Shown: piece after piece, positions 26,781 through 38,438 of the stretch
Layout: each line of letters starts with the position of its first letter
Numbering within the stretch: the stretch's first letter is position 1
Source of the DNA: Sphyrna mokarran
Lineage: Eukaryota
Reading direction: 5' to 3'
Length of the DNA stretch: 64,000 nucleotides
Assembly (NCBI GenBank): GCA_024679065.1
Contig: JAGIQG010000013.1
Span: 52,204,001-52,268,000 of the forward strand
The notes under the pieces: generated by a model
Database searches by the model: none
Told to the model about the DNA's origin: nothing
Seen by the model: the letters and a program-made list of their open reading frames with translations, nothing else
Position numbers and translations under genes: made by a program

Positions 26781-29399
26781 AGTGTCCATTTTTCAAGTGA
26801 AGCAACTTGGGAGTCATACGGTGGCCCTGAACAAAACTTGGTTTGGTAGTCAAGAATTATAACAGAACTGGACGAGATGTGAGCTTACTTAAAGTGACAA
26901 AAGATCCCACAAAATTACAACAGATCTCCTACTGTTGATTTTGGTTGAGTCAAGACCTTCAGAAGCCAAAATTCTGTGAAGATAAAGCAAAGGGAGAGGA
27001 AGCCACTATCAGGTCTTCTCTCTCCATCATGGGCCATAGGAGCATGCCTGGCTTTACTTCAGGGATTACAACCAATTTCTGCAGGTAGCATAGGGCAGCA
27101 GGATGATAGACAAATGTGCCAGGAACCTAGACTTCACCCACCAAGCCAATATTTGGATAAGTGTGCAAGGAAGGAGTGGCCAGCAGCAGTGCACTTGTGA
27201 TAAGTAGTGGAATTTTTTCAGCTTGATTTTGTACAGATCACAAAAATTTCAGGTTTACTCTTGTTTGTGCCGTTCACTTGATGTAAGCTAGGGTAATAGT
27301 TTGCTACAATCATCCAAAAACAGCAGGAAAATGACAAGTCACTATTACTGCTGCTGATCATTAGTCAATGACTCTCAGTCAACAGGGCACCTGTCATGAA
27401 ATCAGGTGCAACAAGGACAACAGAACTTGTGTAAAATGGCCCATTTGGTGAAATAGCAACAGGCAACAGGTGCTAGTGAAACAGGCACATTGAGACAAAG
27501 AGGACAACATATTTTGAAAAGACAAAACATCTGCGGAAGAAACCATTTATGTGACAATACACTTGTACGTGGTGCCCCGTGAGTTTTCCCATCAACCAGG
27601 TTGGCAGCTCTGCAATGGAGTTATGAGAGCAGACTGTTCTCCAAACTGAACCAGTAGAAAAAGAAATCAAAATGCGCATCAAAACCCCGATAAATTGGAT
27701 ATCAGTGTTTTCTCTGTGAATCAAAGCTGTTAAGCTATGTAACTTTCTTCTTGATTCAGTCATTAAAGCAGATCATTTAATAAGCAAGCTTGTGTGAAAG
27801 GCCAAAAAGGAGCTGACATATTTATTAATAGCCCTTGAATAATCCTCTATTTCTGACTCCAAATGACAGAAAAAATGTCACTATCGCGATCTGATGTTGC
27901 CAGTTTTTGAACAAGATAAATCTTTCTGTCAATACATTTGCTTTCTGAATAGGGTTTTTATCATCCATAAAGACTTATTCAGTTTGACATCAGCTGAAAA
28001 CAGTTGCTTGGTTCACACATGAACTCCTACCCCAAGAGGCATTAGTTATTGCCCAAGAATGATTGTTTGGGGGGGGGGGGGTCTCAGTGATTAGCAGCAA
28101 CGCTGATCTTGCTGAATCAAAATCCAGATTGCATTTTTAAGGCTGTGCATTTACTGTTTATGTTGCAATTCTGCAACATTGCTTTGCAGAAAGAATCCTC
28201 AGGTAAATGATTTTAAAGCAAAGTAGATTGAAAGCTGGGATGAACTGCTGGCTTTCATTAAACCAGCAGGCATGACATGGAAATTAAGTGGCTAAATTTA
28301 TGATGCAGCAAGTGGTGTTGAGACTCAGCTCAGGCAGGCTGCCTCACTTAACATCAGCTTTGCGTGGGCTGCTGCAATAACTGTTCTGTTGACTTTTCAG
28401 TGCTAAATTCTAACCAGCACAAAGGACACGGGATGGACACATATGCGCGGACAGATTGTGCAAACTAGGCGCAGCAATGTGAATCAATATCTCGAGCTAA
28501 CCGGTAGCTTTAGCATAGAAGTATCATTTGTGAAAACATATTTGCAGCATTTGTCAGAATAGCAAGAGCAAGCAGCAGTAACTTGGATGCTTGGTGATAC
28601 CAAACATGTTGTTCATATACTCTATCAGTCCTTAAACTTTTTTCACATGGTGTCCAGTTGACTCCATTAACTGACACAATCAGCAAACCATGCAAGGTCT
28701 CTGCTATAGAAATCTGTGCTGAGTCTGCTAACCTCTTATGAGATAGAAGCCAGGCATATGCGGCCTCCCTGAGCTGGGATGATGAAAATCACCTAAGAGT
28801 CCTGATCTCATTGTTCTTCCACGAATACAGTTGGAAGTGAGGCCACATGCAATCAGATGAGAATTAGGGTGGTTTAGCTGTAATGCTCCATGAGGTTGGA
28901 TAACTGGCTGATGATCACTGTCTGGGTTCACACATGAATAATGGTATTATTAATTGAGTAAAGGAAGGTGAATGGCATCTCTGTATTGCTGCAAGAAAAC
29001 TGATGAAAAACGAGAAAAAAAATCTGCACCCCTCATCCAAAATATAGCACTCCTCTTGCATGAATACTTTTGCTAGAGGATATATATCTCTTGTAACTAA
29101 AATTGGTTCTGTTGCATCATATGCCTGTAAAACATATTAGTAAGATGGATAATTTACTTCTTTAAAAAAAGCAGCATTGGGTATGGGCAGTTTACCCTGA
29201 CAAATGAGCTTTAGGGTGTCACGTGACTTATTTTGTGGTTTCTGTACAAGCAGAGTCAGATGTGGCTGTGATATCTGTGGGAAAATATGTAAAATATAAA
29301 TTGCCTTCTCGGGTGTTGATTGCTTCTCTCCGTTTCAATTGAAAAGACTTAAAGTAACAATGAATCTTGAATGAAATGTACAAAATTTGTACAGGGCTT

Positions 29400-29770
29400 T
29401 TGATTTGATTCGATTTATTATTGTCACATATATTAGTATACAGTGAAAAGTACTGTTTCTTGCGTGCTATATGGACAAACCATATTGTTCATAGAGAAGG
29501 AAACAAGAGAGTGCAGAATGTAGTGCCACAGTTGTAACTATGAGGTAAGAAAGATCAATTTATTGCAAGGTTAAGTCCATTCAAAAGTCTGATGGCAGCA
29601 GGGAAGAAGCCGTTCTTGAGTCAATTGGTACGTGACCTGAGACTTCTGTATCTTTTTCCTGACAGAAGAAGTGGAAGAGAGAATGTCTGAAGTGGGTGGG
29701 CTCCTCAATTATGCTGGCTGCTTTGCCAAGGCAGTGGGAAATGCAGACAGATTTAATGGTTGTGAGGCTT
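29400..29770 (-). mobile_element. Rex1/Babar-like LINE 3' end
   Basis: The ttgatt repeat tail, tttattattgtcaca...cagtgaaaag and agtctgatggcagcagggaagaagc resemble recalled shark Rex1-like 3' ends. Confidence 0.6.
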
Positions 29771-29774
29771 CATG

Positions 29775-30060
29775 GTAGATACAGGAAGTTGGGGGTCTCA
29801 GAATAAGAAATAGGTCATTTAGGACAGAGGTACGGAAACACAGTCAAATCATGTTAAATCTTTGAAATTCTTGGTTTGTGGAGACTCAGTTGTTGAGTAT
29901 GTTCAAATCAAAGGTTAACAGGTTTCTAGATACCAATAATATTAAGACATATGGGGATCGTGCAGGAAGATGGCATTAAGGTAGAAGATCACCCATGATT
30001 TCGATAAATGTTGAAGTAAACTCGAGGACCTGAATGGGCTACTCCTTCTCCTATGTTACG
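29775..30060 (+). mobile_element. CR1 LINE 3' end
   Basis: Homologous to the CR1 3' ends at 7215-7533 and about 52430-52700. Confidence 0.65.
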
Positions 30061-30354
30061 TTGTACTGGCTATATGAAAATAGAACTAGAAATGAAGATA
30101 TTTTGGTAGAAATCAATGCTGGAATGTTGATGGGATATCGACCATCCTCCATTGTGCAATGAACTGCTTAGTCAAAAACTCATTGTGAGAACTATGGAAA
30201 CATTGATACTGTTGTCACATGACAAAAACATGGCTTGATTTATCAGATATCGTGTTATTCTAATAACAGTCCAGAAACTCAGTTCAGGATATGCAAACCA
30301 GAGGGACGCCATTTTTTCCAGCAACAGAGAAAGAGCCCTGCCTGAAAAATCCAC

Positions 30355-30621
30355 AGTAAGAAGTCTCACAACATAAGATGAAAGTCAAACAGGTTTAGTT
30401 GGTAGCAAAAGCCACTAGCTTTCAGAGCGCTGCTGCTTCGTCAGGTAAGTTCACAAACAGGACATGTTAAGAGACAGCATTAATGCTCTCTTCACTCATT
30501 GTCTGCATCTTTAAGACTTGATTACCTGTAAAAACTCTCATTCCAACCATTATTTTGCAAACTGAGTTTGTGTCTTTATATGCTATGTTTACCCCAATCC
30601 AACGCCAGCATTTCCACATCA
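30355..30621. mobile_element. Short inverted Penelope-like insertion (copy B)
   Basis: Perfect 12-bp TSD tgaaaaatccac (30343-30354 and 30622-30633). Homologous to 37993-38438. Hammerhead-like motif CTGACGA...GAAAGCTA on the minus strand at 30413-30447. Confidence 0.8.
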
Positions 30622-33600
30622 TGAAAAATCCACCACAGGGAGAGAAATGGGGCTAACTTGTTTTACCCACAAGATTATATTTATTCATTCAAGGTGCAGC
30701 CATGATTTTGATTGAATTGTCAGAAAACTTATAACGTTAGGAATACTGTGTGAATTCATCAGCAGAGATCCTTTTTCATCCAATGAACTGAAAGGGAATA
30801 CCTTGGCCTGCAACGCTTTTGACAGTCACTTTGGATAGAGCAATAGTAACTTTAAGTAAATTTAAGTGTATGCTACATTTTTAGAACTCATTTTTCTTTG
30901 GGTGTGTGGTTTTATGTATATGAGAAATGGCTCTTTACTGCAATTACTTTTTGGATATTTAGAAAATGAATATGTATCCTTTCCTTTGACTCAAACTTAA
31001 AATGAACCTTTTTCACGTCTGCTTTTAAAAGTCATGGCACTCAAGGGGTTAATACACTTCTCAAAAATATATTCTGTTGCAATCAGTTGAGAGGCGGGAA
31101 GAAAAGGGAAATCATTCAACGTTTTTCCCTTGCCCATAGCAAAATACACTGAAATACGCTGAAAATGATACGCTGAAATGGCGTTTCATTTGCTGTGAAT
31201 ATTAGTATTCATATTTGCAATTCAAAATAGTGACAGCAGCTGAAAACTGTGTGTCGAGTAATTACTTAATCTGATCAATATATGAACAGGCTAATAGGAT
31301 TTTTACTCTTTACAGTTAAAATGTGTACAAATTTAAATTGAAAGAAATGTGAGCAATCCCCACCACTGAGACATGGATTAAAGTATTATGGGACTTAATA
31401 CCTCTAGAAAATTGACCTATTCACTGGGGCTAAGACAGGATCAGTTTGTGAATGTGTGTTCCCGGCACGGTTCCCCACTTGTACCCCCCATTTGAGCCTA
31501 CCACCAACCCCCTGCATCTGGATTTCTACAAGCATGCATCTAATTCAATTTCACCTCTAAGGGAAAATTGGTATGTCCTTCAAACTGCGAACAGTGGATT
31601 TTACATCATGTGTCTCTGTCCGTTGCATGCAGAGAGGTATTTCTAGCAACACAACTGTTACTTCACAAACATGGTCTGCGCATTAGAGGACAACCTGCTG
31701 ACCTTGAGAAATAAAAATTCCTATTAGATATCAGTGGTAGAAATAAAATCTATAAATGTGGTATGTTCACTTGAAATAAAATGAAATATCAGTTTGTGTC
31801 CATAAGTTGAAAATACATGTTTATGCTTTTATAACAGATCTGTGTTATTTATTAGTAGGCAAACTTGGTTAAAACATATAAAGATAAAATAAATGAAATG
31901 TGTGAGTAAGCAGTCTAGTGATGATTACAGGTTTGACTGACTGACAGGTGCTTGTAAGGAAGCTTAGTCTTCAGAGCAACTCTAAATCCTATTACAATAG
32001 AGTAGTCAGTATATTGGATTTATTTAAATGAGAGACTGATATCATCTAGCTAAAGAAATGGAATCATCTCTGGGTGCTGTAGGATGTTTGATACCGTGTC
32101 AAGGCAATCATCACTTTGCTAGAAGACAAGATTTGTTTTTATTAGTTTTAAAGAAAAACAAAATAAGAAATACTGATGTGAAAATCCCTTAACAAAGCAA
32201 TGTGTAGCAAGTTATCTCACTGACATCAAAAATTACCATTCGTGTCACTAATATAGACTTGCTTGATGATTTATTTTATGGACATTGTGCTCTAAACAGA
32301 AATTAATATGGTGAGCAATTGAACATTGTTTTACAGTTTGTGCCCTGTTTCAGCATTTAGTAGTCCCTGTTTGCTTCCTTGGAGACTCAATGAATACAAT
32401 CCAATTTTGAATGTGTGGGTGTGAGCCATGTTGATCAGTAAGATCCCAATTTTGAGTTAGCCAATCCTAACCTCACTGAATAGTATTCAAAAACCCCTTG
32501 ACGAATCCCATACCAAGAGTTTAAGGAGAGGGGGAAAGGACAAAAGGATGGGCACAACAATGGGCCAGAGTTTCTGCATTCGTTTTCCAGAGTCCTGCTA
32601 AAAAAAAACTTGTGAGCCTTGGATGCAGACTGGATAAAGATTAGCTGTGAAGTTGTGAAACCTATGATCAAGTCATTTGCTGGTAGTGTGCCCAAGATCA
32701 TGTGAAGAATGTGAAGTTAGGTTAAGTACTGCAAGACTAAGAATGCAAATAGATTCAGGATAAAATAGGAGGGGGAAAAACAATAAACAAGACCAAACAG
32801 TTTTTGACGGTCTTCCCACAGCATGATGACAATTTAGCTTTTTATTCCAGCCAGAAATTATGTAGATAACAGCTCTTCTCTACATTCATAAAGAGAATGT
32901 ACTGAGTTGATTAGTAATGCAAATTTCAGGTCACATCTGGTGCTGTAAATTATTTTTATCTTTGGTTTAAAGCAAGTTTCAGATGTAGACACTGCCATTA
33001 CTCCAGTGCAATCCTATCCAGAGGAAGACACGCAGACACATCTGCAAAGTGTTTCAGAGCAAGCTATTCATAGCTGTCTTAGTATTTGAATCTCTGCAAA
33101 GATAAATGTAACAAATGTGACACTTACTATTTACCTGAATACAGTTAATTTAATCTGTGGTTTTTGCCCTTTATGTCGTGCAGTGTAATGTATTTGTCAA
33201 TCTATTGCTGGTCTCAATTTCCTACATATGCGTGTGCAAATTTCTATGTGTCAAGCATCATGGTTATTGCTGATGACCCTGGTGAAGTTGCAGAGGACAA
33301 GCAAATATCACTGTCGACATAAATCTGGAAATGAAAAATACTCCAAAAATTTAACTGACCTTTGACAGCACCAGAGTCATAATGTACAGTGTCATTTGGA
33401 AGGTATGTTGATTTATATAAGTAACATTAAAGTGTCATTAATATTGAATGTTAATGAGGCTCATCAACTTCACTGAAGCTTCAGGCAGGAATTCTGCACT
33501 TTGACTTACTAATGAGGTACTTCCAGAGGCAATTAAAGTTTGCTGCTTCAGATATGTGCTGTTTACAGCCTTGACATTCAGAATGAAAGGGAAAAAAACG

Positions 33601-33810
33601 CACCATCGCAAGACTATTCCCTGTTGGAATCGGACTCAAAAGTCAACCATTGAGATTCAGCTAATAGAAGAATATGCAATGCTATTGGCCATCAATACCT
33701 ACTCGAGAAAAGCCAGACATGTCTGGAAATTAAGCTTTCAGTTGCAGCACATATTCTAATATTCGGTTTTTTTAGATATCTCACAAATGGCGGATTTCAA
33801 GTAAAACAAA

Positions 33811-34100
33811 TTATTTATTAATCACAAGTTGGCTTACATTAGGATTTCAATAAAGTTACTGTGAAACTCCCCTACTTGCCACACTCCCGCCACACGATGT
33901 TTGGATACATTGAGGGAGAATTCAGCATGGCCAATGCAGCTAACCAGCACACCTTTCAGACTGTGGGAAGAAACCAGAGCTTCTGGATGAAATTCACACA
34001 GATGTGCAGATGCCATACAGACAGTGACTAAACAGGGAATCGAACCCAGGTCTCTGACGCCATAAGGCAGCAGAGCAACCACTGTGCCAGCATGCTACCC
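33811..34100 (-). mobile_element. V-SINE (HE1-like head), type B tail
   Basis: Collinear with 12805-13127. Confidence 0.8.
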
Positions 34101-35419
34101 ATCAGCTTTCCAAACAAGAGCCCATGGTAAAAGTTCATTTTGAGTGAACCAGCAACTGACTGCACTGGGTCCCTGCCGTGGTTCTGCATCTTCCGCTTGC
34201 AGAAGGTGGTCAAGGTCCGGTGTGCCTTCACACTCAGATAGCGAGACCCTACAGAGATACCTTTATGCTGAGCCCTCTCCATGATGGTGTGCCCTAGCGA
34301 TGTATTTCTTCCGCCAATAGCACAGCCTGAATTATGACGTGCAGCTCCTGCACATCAATCTAGAGTTTGTTTTGATGTCCTCGTGGGAGTTTTTTTCACC
34401 AGGACCTCCTCACTGTCTAGAACACAGCCACCTCGCGACATAACTCTCTGCCATCAGGGGGAGTCAAAGAAACCTGAACGCAGAATCATTGGATGTAACT
34501 GCAAATGATTGCAATGTCATGTTAGTGGATTCCTGAAATACATCCATTAACATATCAGCAGCAATACTGCCAGATGCTGAGCTGAGATTTATGAATATAA
34601 AGAACACAACGCTGTTTGTTACACAGTGTTGCACTGTTTTCCAGACAATAACAACACTGTCGAGTGATTTCCAGTGGGAGTGAGGGCAGCCGAGTGAACC
34701 CCAAATCCAGCAGTTCAGTGTGAATGCTTTGTGCATTAGCTTTCTGCAAAGACTGTAAAATTTATTATTAGTTTTTCCAAGACACACTTCCTATATCAAG
34801 CAAAGAAGAAGACCACTAAAAAAGTTATTTTTCTTGGTACAAACATTACTCCTGTGCAGTGATAGGACTGAGTTTTTCCTCAATGTTACTGCACTTGCAA
34901 CACTTGAAACCAGTTTACAGACTCATTGGAGAATATCGAACGCCAAAATATTGTGACATACAGTGAAATGGAATAACTAAAGTTATCATGGATTTTCCTT
35001 TTTTCTGCACTGTGACGAGCACTGTAATGAAGAGATTAACTAAGACTCCTTCCCCCATTCTTTTTCCATTTAGTTTTTTTTCCCTCCCTCTTGTATCCTG
35101 AAGCTTATTCCTGAGTTAGCTGTATTTCCAGGGATGTCAGGCAATAGTTTCTCCAAGGACCTATGAACGTGAGCCTGAGAAGTGAGCATCAGGTGGTCTA
35201 TAATCCTTAGTAACACACAACACCGCACATCACATTTACCGAACTGCTGTCAGGGGAAATAGTGCATCCAATGTTTTATCTTATAAATTGTAACACAACC
35301 ATGGATTCCTAATAATTTTGAAATAACATTTTGAGGCAGAAATGCTGAACTTTTACCTTTACACAGGAATCAAAAGCAAAGCTTAGTCCTTCCAGGGGAG
35401 CGCAGCTGAAAGGTCTTAC

Positions 35420-35592
35420 CTAATATTTAGCGATTTTTTCCTGAGTTCAGTCCAATGCAAGTTCATGTCATCAAGACGCCTCTGCAACAAAACCCCATCC
35501 TCTGCACCTTCCAGACCTTTAAGTATTTTCTGTCCATTCTCATCCAAGTTATGGTAAGTGTCAGTATGAGCTTCAATTTCTGTCTGAAGATC
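35420..35592 (-). CDS. DMD: Dystrophin exon orthologous to human exon 56 (not in the ORF track)
   Basis: Manual translation gives DLQTEIEAHTDTYHNLDENGQKILKGLEGAEDGVLLQRRLDDMNLHWTELRKKSLNI(R). Acceptor is a T-rich tract then GACAG; donor is TAG|GTAAGA. Length 173 bp, phase 0/2. Confidence 0.96.
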
Positions 35593-35785
35593 CTGTCAAA
35601 GAAGGAAAAAAAAAACACATTGCTTCTATATTTCTCCATTTGTCAAAAATGGACTTTCACGATCAGAACAATCATTGAACTGTGCCTGACTTCACATTTT
35701 ATTCAATTTAATGATAAATTGGAAATAAAATTGACAACAAAATAAAACAAAACAGAAAAAAAAACGCATTCCTGACACCACTGAC

Positions 35786-35863
35786 CTTTACGTAATACGT
35801 TTTTCTTTGCAGCATTTTTAATCTAAACCTTGGAAGGATGCAAAGGCTTTGAGGCGCCTGCAT
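35786..35863 (-). CDS. DMD: Coding part of the alternative first exon of dystrophin isoform Dp116
   Basis: 26 codons, MQAPQSLCILPRFRLKMLQRKTYYVK, ending at the phase-0 donor AAG|GTCAGT, 193 bp from exon 56. The last 10 residues match the mammalian Dp116-unique MLHRKTYHVK at 8/10. An in-frame TGA lies upstream at 35915-35917, and the first ATG has A at -3. Confidence 0.88.
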
Positions 35864-36070
35864 TGTGCCCAGGATAGTTGCTTGAGAAAGCGCAGATCCT
35901 TGTCCACTTTCTGCTCAGTAATGTGCGGCTGGATAAGAACCAGCCTCAACATTCAATATTGCATAACGAGACCAGAGAATACAATACCATCATTCAGGGC
36001 AGTGGCCTTTTAGCAACACAACAGTTGAATAGACCACTCATATAATTAGCTTTGTTTTTTATAGAAATAA
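35864..36070 (-). promoter_or_regulatory. Putative Dp116 5'UTR and internal promoter
   Basis: No recognisable repeat directly upstream of the Dp116 ATG. On the minus strand, TATAAAA (36057-36063) abuts a SOX-like AACAAAG (36050-36056). Position is the main evidence; the motifs are short. Confidence 0.45.
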
Positions 36071-37540
36071 AAAAGCATCACAGTTCTCAGTTCTTTTTAA
36101 ATTTTAAAGGATTATGGCATGTGAACATTCCTGAAACAGATGCTATGCTCCTAATTTGCAAATAGCTTCGCACATCCGAGCATACTAACCCACCTACAGG
36201 TTTGATTGGGCCAACTGTACTATACTGAGAGAGCTTTTTGCTTTTCTGTACATTGGGCAATTGTTTTCTTTTCATTCTCATGATCCTTCCTACCTGCATC
36301 TTCTCAAAGAAGGAAATATAAGGTGAGGGTATCTATGTAGGTAAACTCCGATACCCCAAATTGGCTGGACCATCAACACTGGACAGTTCTTAAATGAGAG
36401 ATAGTTCACTCATCAGACAAATAGTTGAAACATTTATTACTGAATCATTAACACAACTAAAAACAACGAAACATGCCTGCTATATTGGCTACTGCAGACA
36501 AATACATGTTATACCTCAAAGTAAGATAGAAGATACTGAAATACAAAGCATATCCATCAGCAAATTCAACTATTGCTCCAAATACAAATCCTCAGATAAT
36601 GAAGCAATGTGTGCCAATTTACCATAAAATATGGACGCTATTAAGCCTTGTACTGATAAATGGCAAGCAAATTGCAGATCTTAGACAAAAATAATCACGA
36701 AAAGGAAGTGTCAAAGCGTTTTCTTTTCTTGTTCAATGGCAATGCCATTGCTAAATCTTCAACATCTTGGTGCTCATCACTACCCAGAATTTGAATTGGA
36801 ATAACTATGTAAATGTTGTGGCTATCCTAATTCAGGGGAATGAATAAGGTATGAAATCACAACTATCTTAGGACTCAGATGTCAGGACCCAGCCTCAAAA
36901 GCATAGTGCTTCAAGAGCATTAGTCCCTTGTGAAGGAGTGATTTTATGCACATGGTTGAAAGATGGAGAAGCAGAACTCTATTATCTGTATTTGTAGCTT
37001 CCTACAAATGCAGAAAGCTTCTCTCAACCTGTACATGAGATTCGTGAGTGAACAGACATTTTAAATGTTATAAACCCAAAATAGGTGCAGGAAAGATATT
37101 TAGGAGCCCAAGCTTTCAAAGGGATACTTGAAGACAATAGAGAACTAAGATGAAAGCAGAAAGAAAGGTATTTATGAAAATGAATTTTCAGCTACAATTC
37201 ATTGCTGTGGAGGCCAACTCCTGTGTTTTAGAGTGTGTGGAAAATCTGCAATTTAATTGAAGAAAACAACTCAGTCTTGGGCCAGGAGAATATCTGAACT
37301 GAGAAACAGTTTGTTTTGGATCTCCCTTGGGAAAAAATACATCAGGATTAGCTCTGGGAAGTCATGGATTGAGCTTTTGTTTAAAGTGAAAGCAATTTCT
37401 CAGTTTGGGCAATATTTCCTGGATTTTATGGTCAACAATTTATAGATGTTGTTGCCAAAAAGACAGTTTTATTATGCACCCTTTATAAAGCACTCATTCC
37501 TGACCACAAACTCATATTAGTGACATTACTGATGGCAAAG

Positions 37541-37680
37541 AATCACAGAATTCCTATAGTGCAGAAGAAGGCCATTTGACCCTTTGAGTCTGCACCGATT
37601 CTCCAACAGTGCATTCCACCCTATACCCATAACCCCACATATTTTCCCCTCTAATCCTCTCAACCCATGCATTTTGGGAT
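37541..37680 (-). mobile_element. 3' half of an HE1-like SINE (CR1-type tail)
   Basis: Reverse complement of the tail seen at 43680-43772 and 44850-44949. Confidence 0.65.
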
Positions 37681-37992
37681 AATAAGGAGTAATATATTAA
37701 GAGCAAGAAAATGACCAGGAAAAGAGTGGGACTCATTAAAGACCAAAGGGACAATCTGTGCTTGGAGCCAGAGGGCTCGGGTGAGCTCTTAAATTTTTCA
37801 TCTTTATTCATTAAGGAAAACGCCATTATAGCTGGAGATTTTAGAAATTCTCTAGGGCACGTTTTAAACGTATTAGTGGACATGCAGGTGCCTGAACCCT
37901 AGGGTCTGATGAGATGTACGATGGGAGGGAACAGAGGAAATTACAAGAGTCCTGACAGAGATAGTTAAATCTTCGCTGTCCACAGGTGAAGT

Positions 37993-38438
37993 TATGACGT
38001 GGAGATGCCAGCATTGGACTGGGGTAAACATAGTAAGAAGTCTTGCAACACCAGATTAAAGTCCAACAGGTTTATTTGGTAGTAAATGCCACTAGCTTTC
38101 GGAGAACTGCTCCTTCATCAGGTGAGTGCAGAATTCTAATCACAAACAGGGTATATAAAGGCACACACAATTTACAGAATACTGAGTAGAATGCGAGTCT
38201 TTACAGCTAATCAAGTCTTAAAAGTGCAGACTCTCCACTCACATTGTCTGCACCTTTAAGACTTGATTAGCTGTAAAGACTCGCATTCTACTCAATATTC
38301 TGTAAACTGTGTGTGCCTTTATATACCTTGTTCGTGATTAGAACTCCCACTCACCTGATGAAGGAGCACACTCTGAAAGATAGTGGCATTTACCACCAAA
38401 TAAACCTGTTGGCATTTACCTGGTGTTGTGAGACTTCT
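37993..38438. mobile_element. Palindromic Penelope-like insertion (copy A)
   Basis: Inverted arms of about 195 bp (38036-38231 and 38246-38438) with a 14-nt spacer and about 43 extra nt on the left arm. TSD cacaggtgaa(g/a)t at 37981-37992 and 38439-38450. Confidence 0.85.
38090..38124 (-). ncRNA. Minimal type-I hammerhead ribozyme motif (Penelope-associated)
   Basis: The minus strand reads CAC-CUGAUGA-A-GGAG(CAGUU)CUCC-GAAA-GC-UA-GUG: both conserved core boxes, a perfect helix II, a palindromic AGCU in place of helix III, and a short CAC/GUG helix I. Activity is not shown. Confidence 0.65.

Noticed and set aside
2445-35863. Assignment to utrophin or DRP2
   Set aside because: The exon 60 peptide (LKENV..NDLARQ...IQLSPYNL..LEDLNTRWKLLQ) and the Dp116-type first exon are dystrophin-specific.
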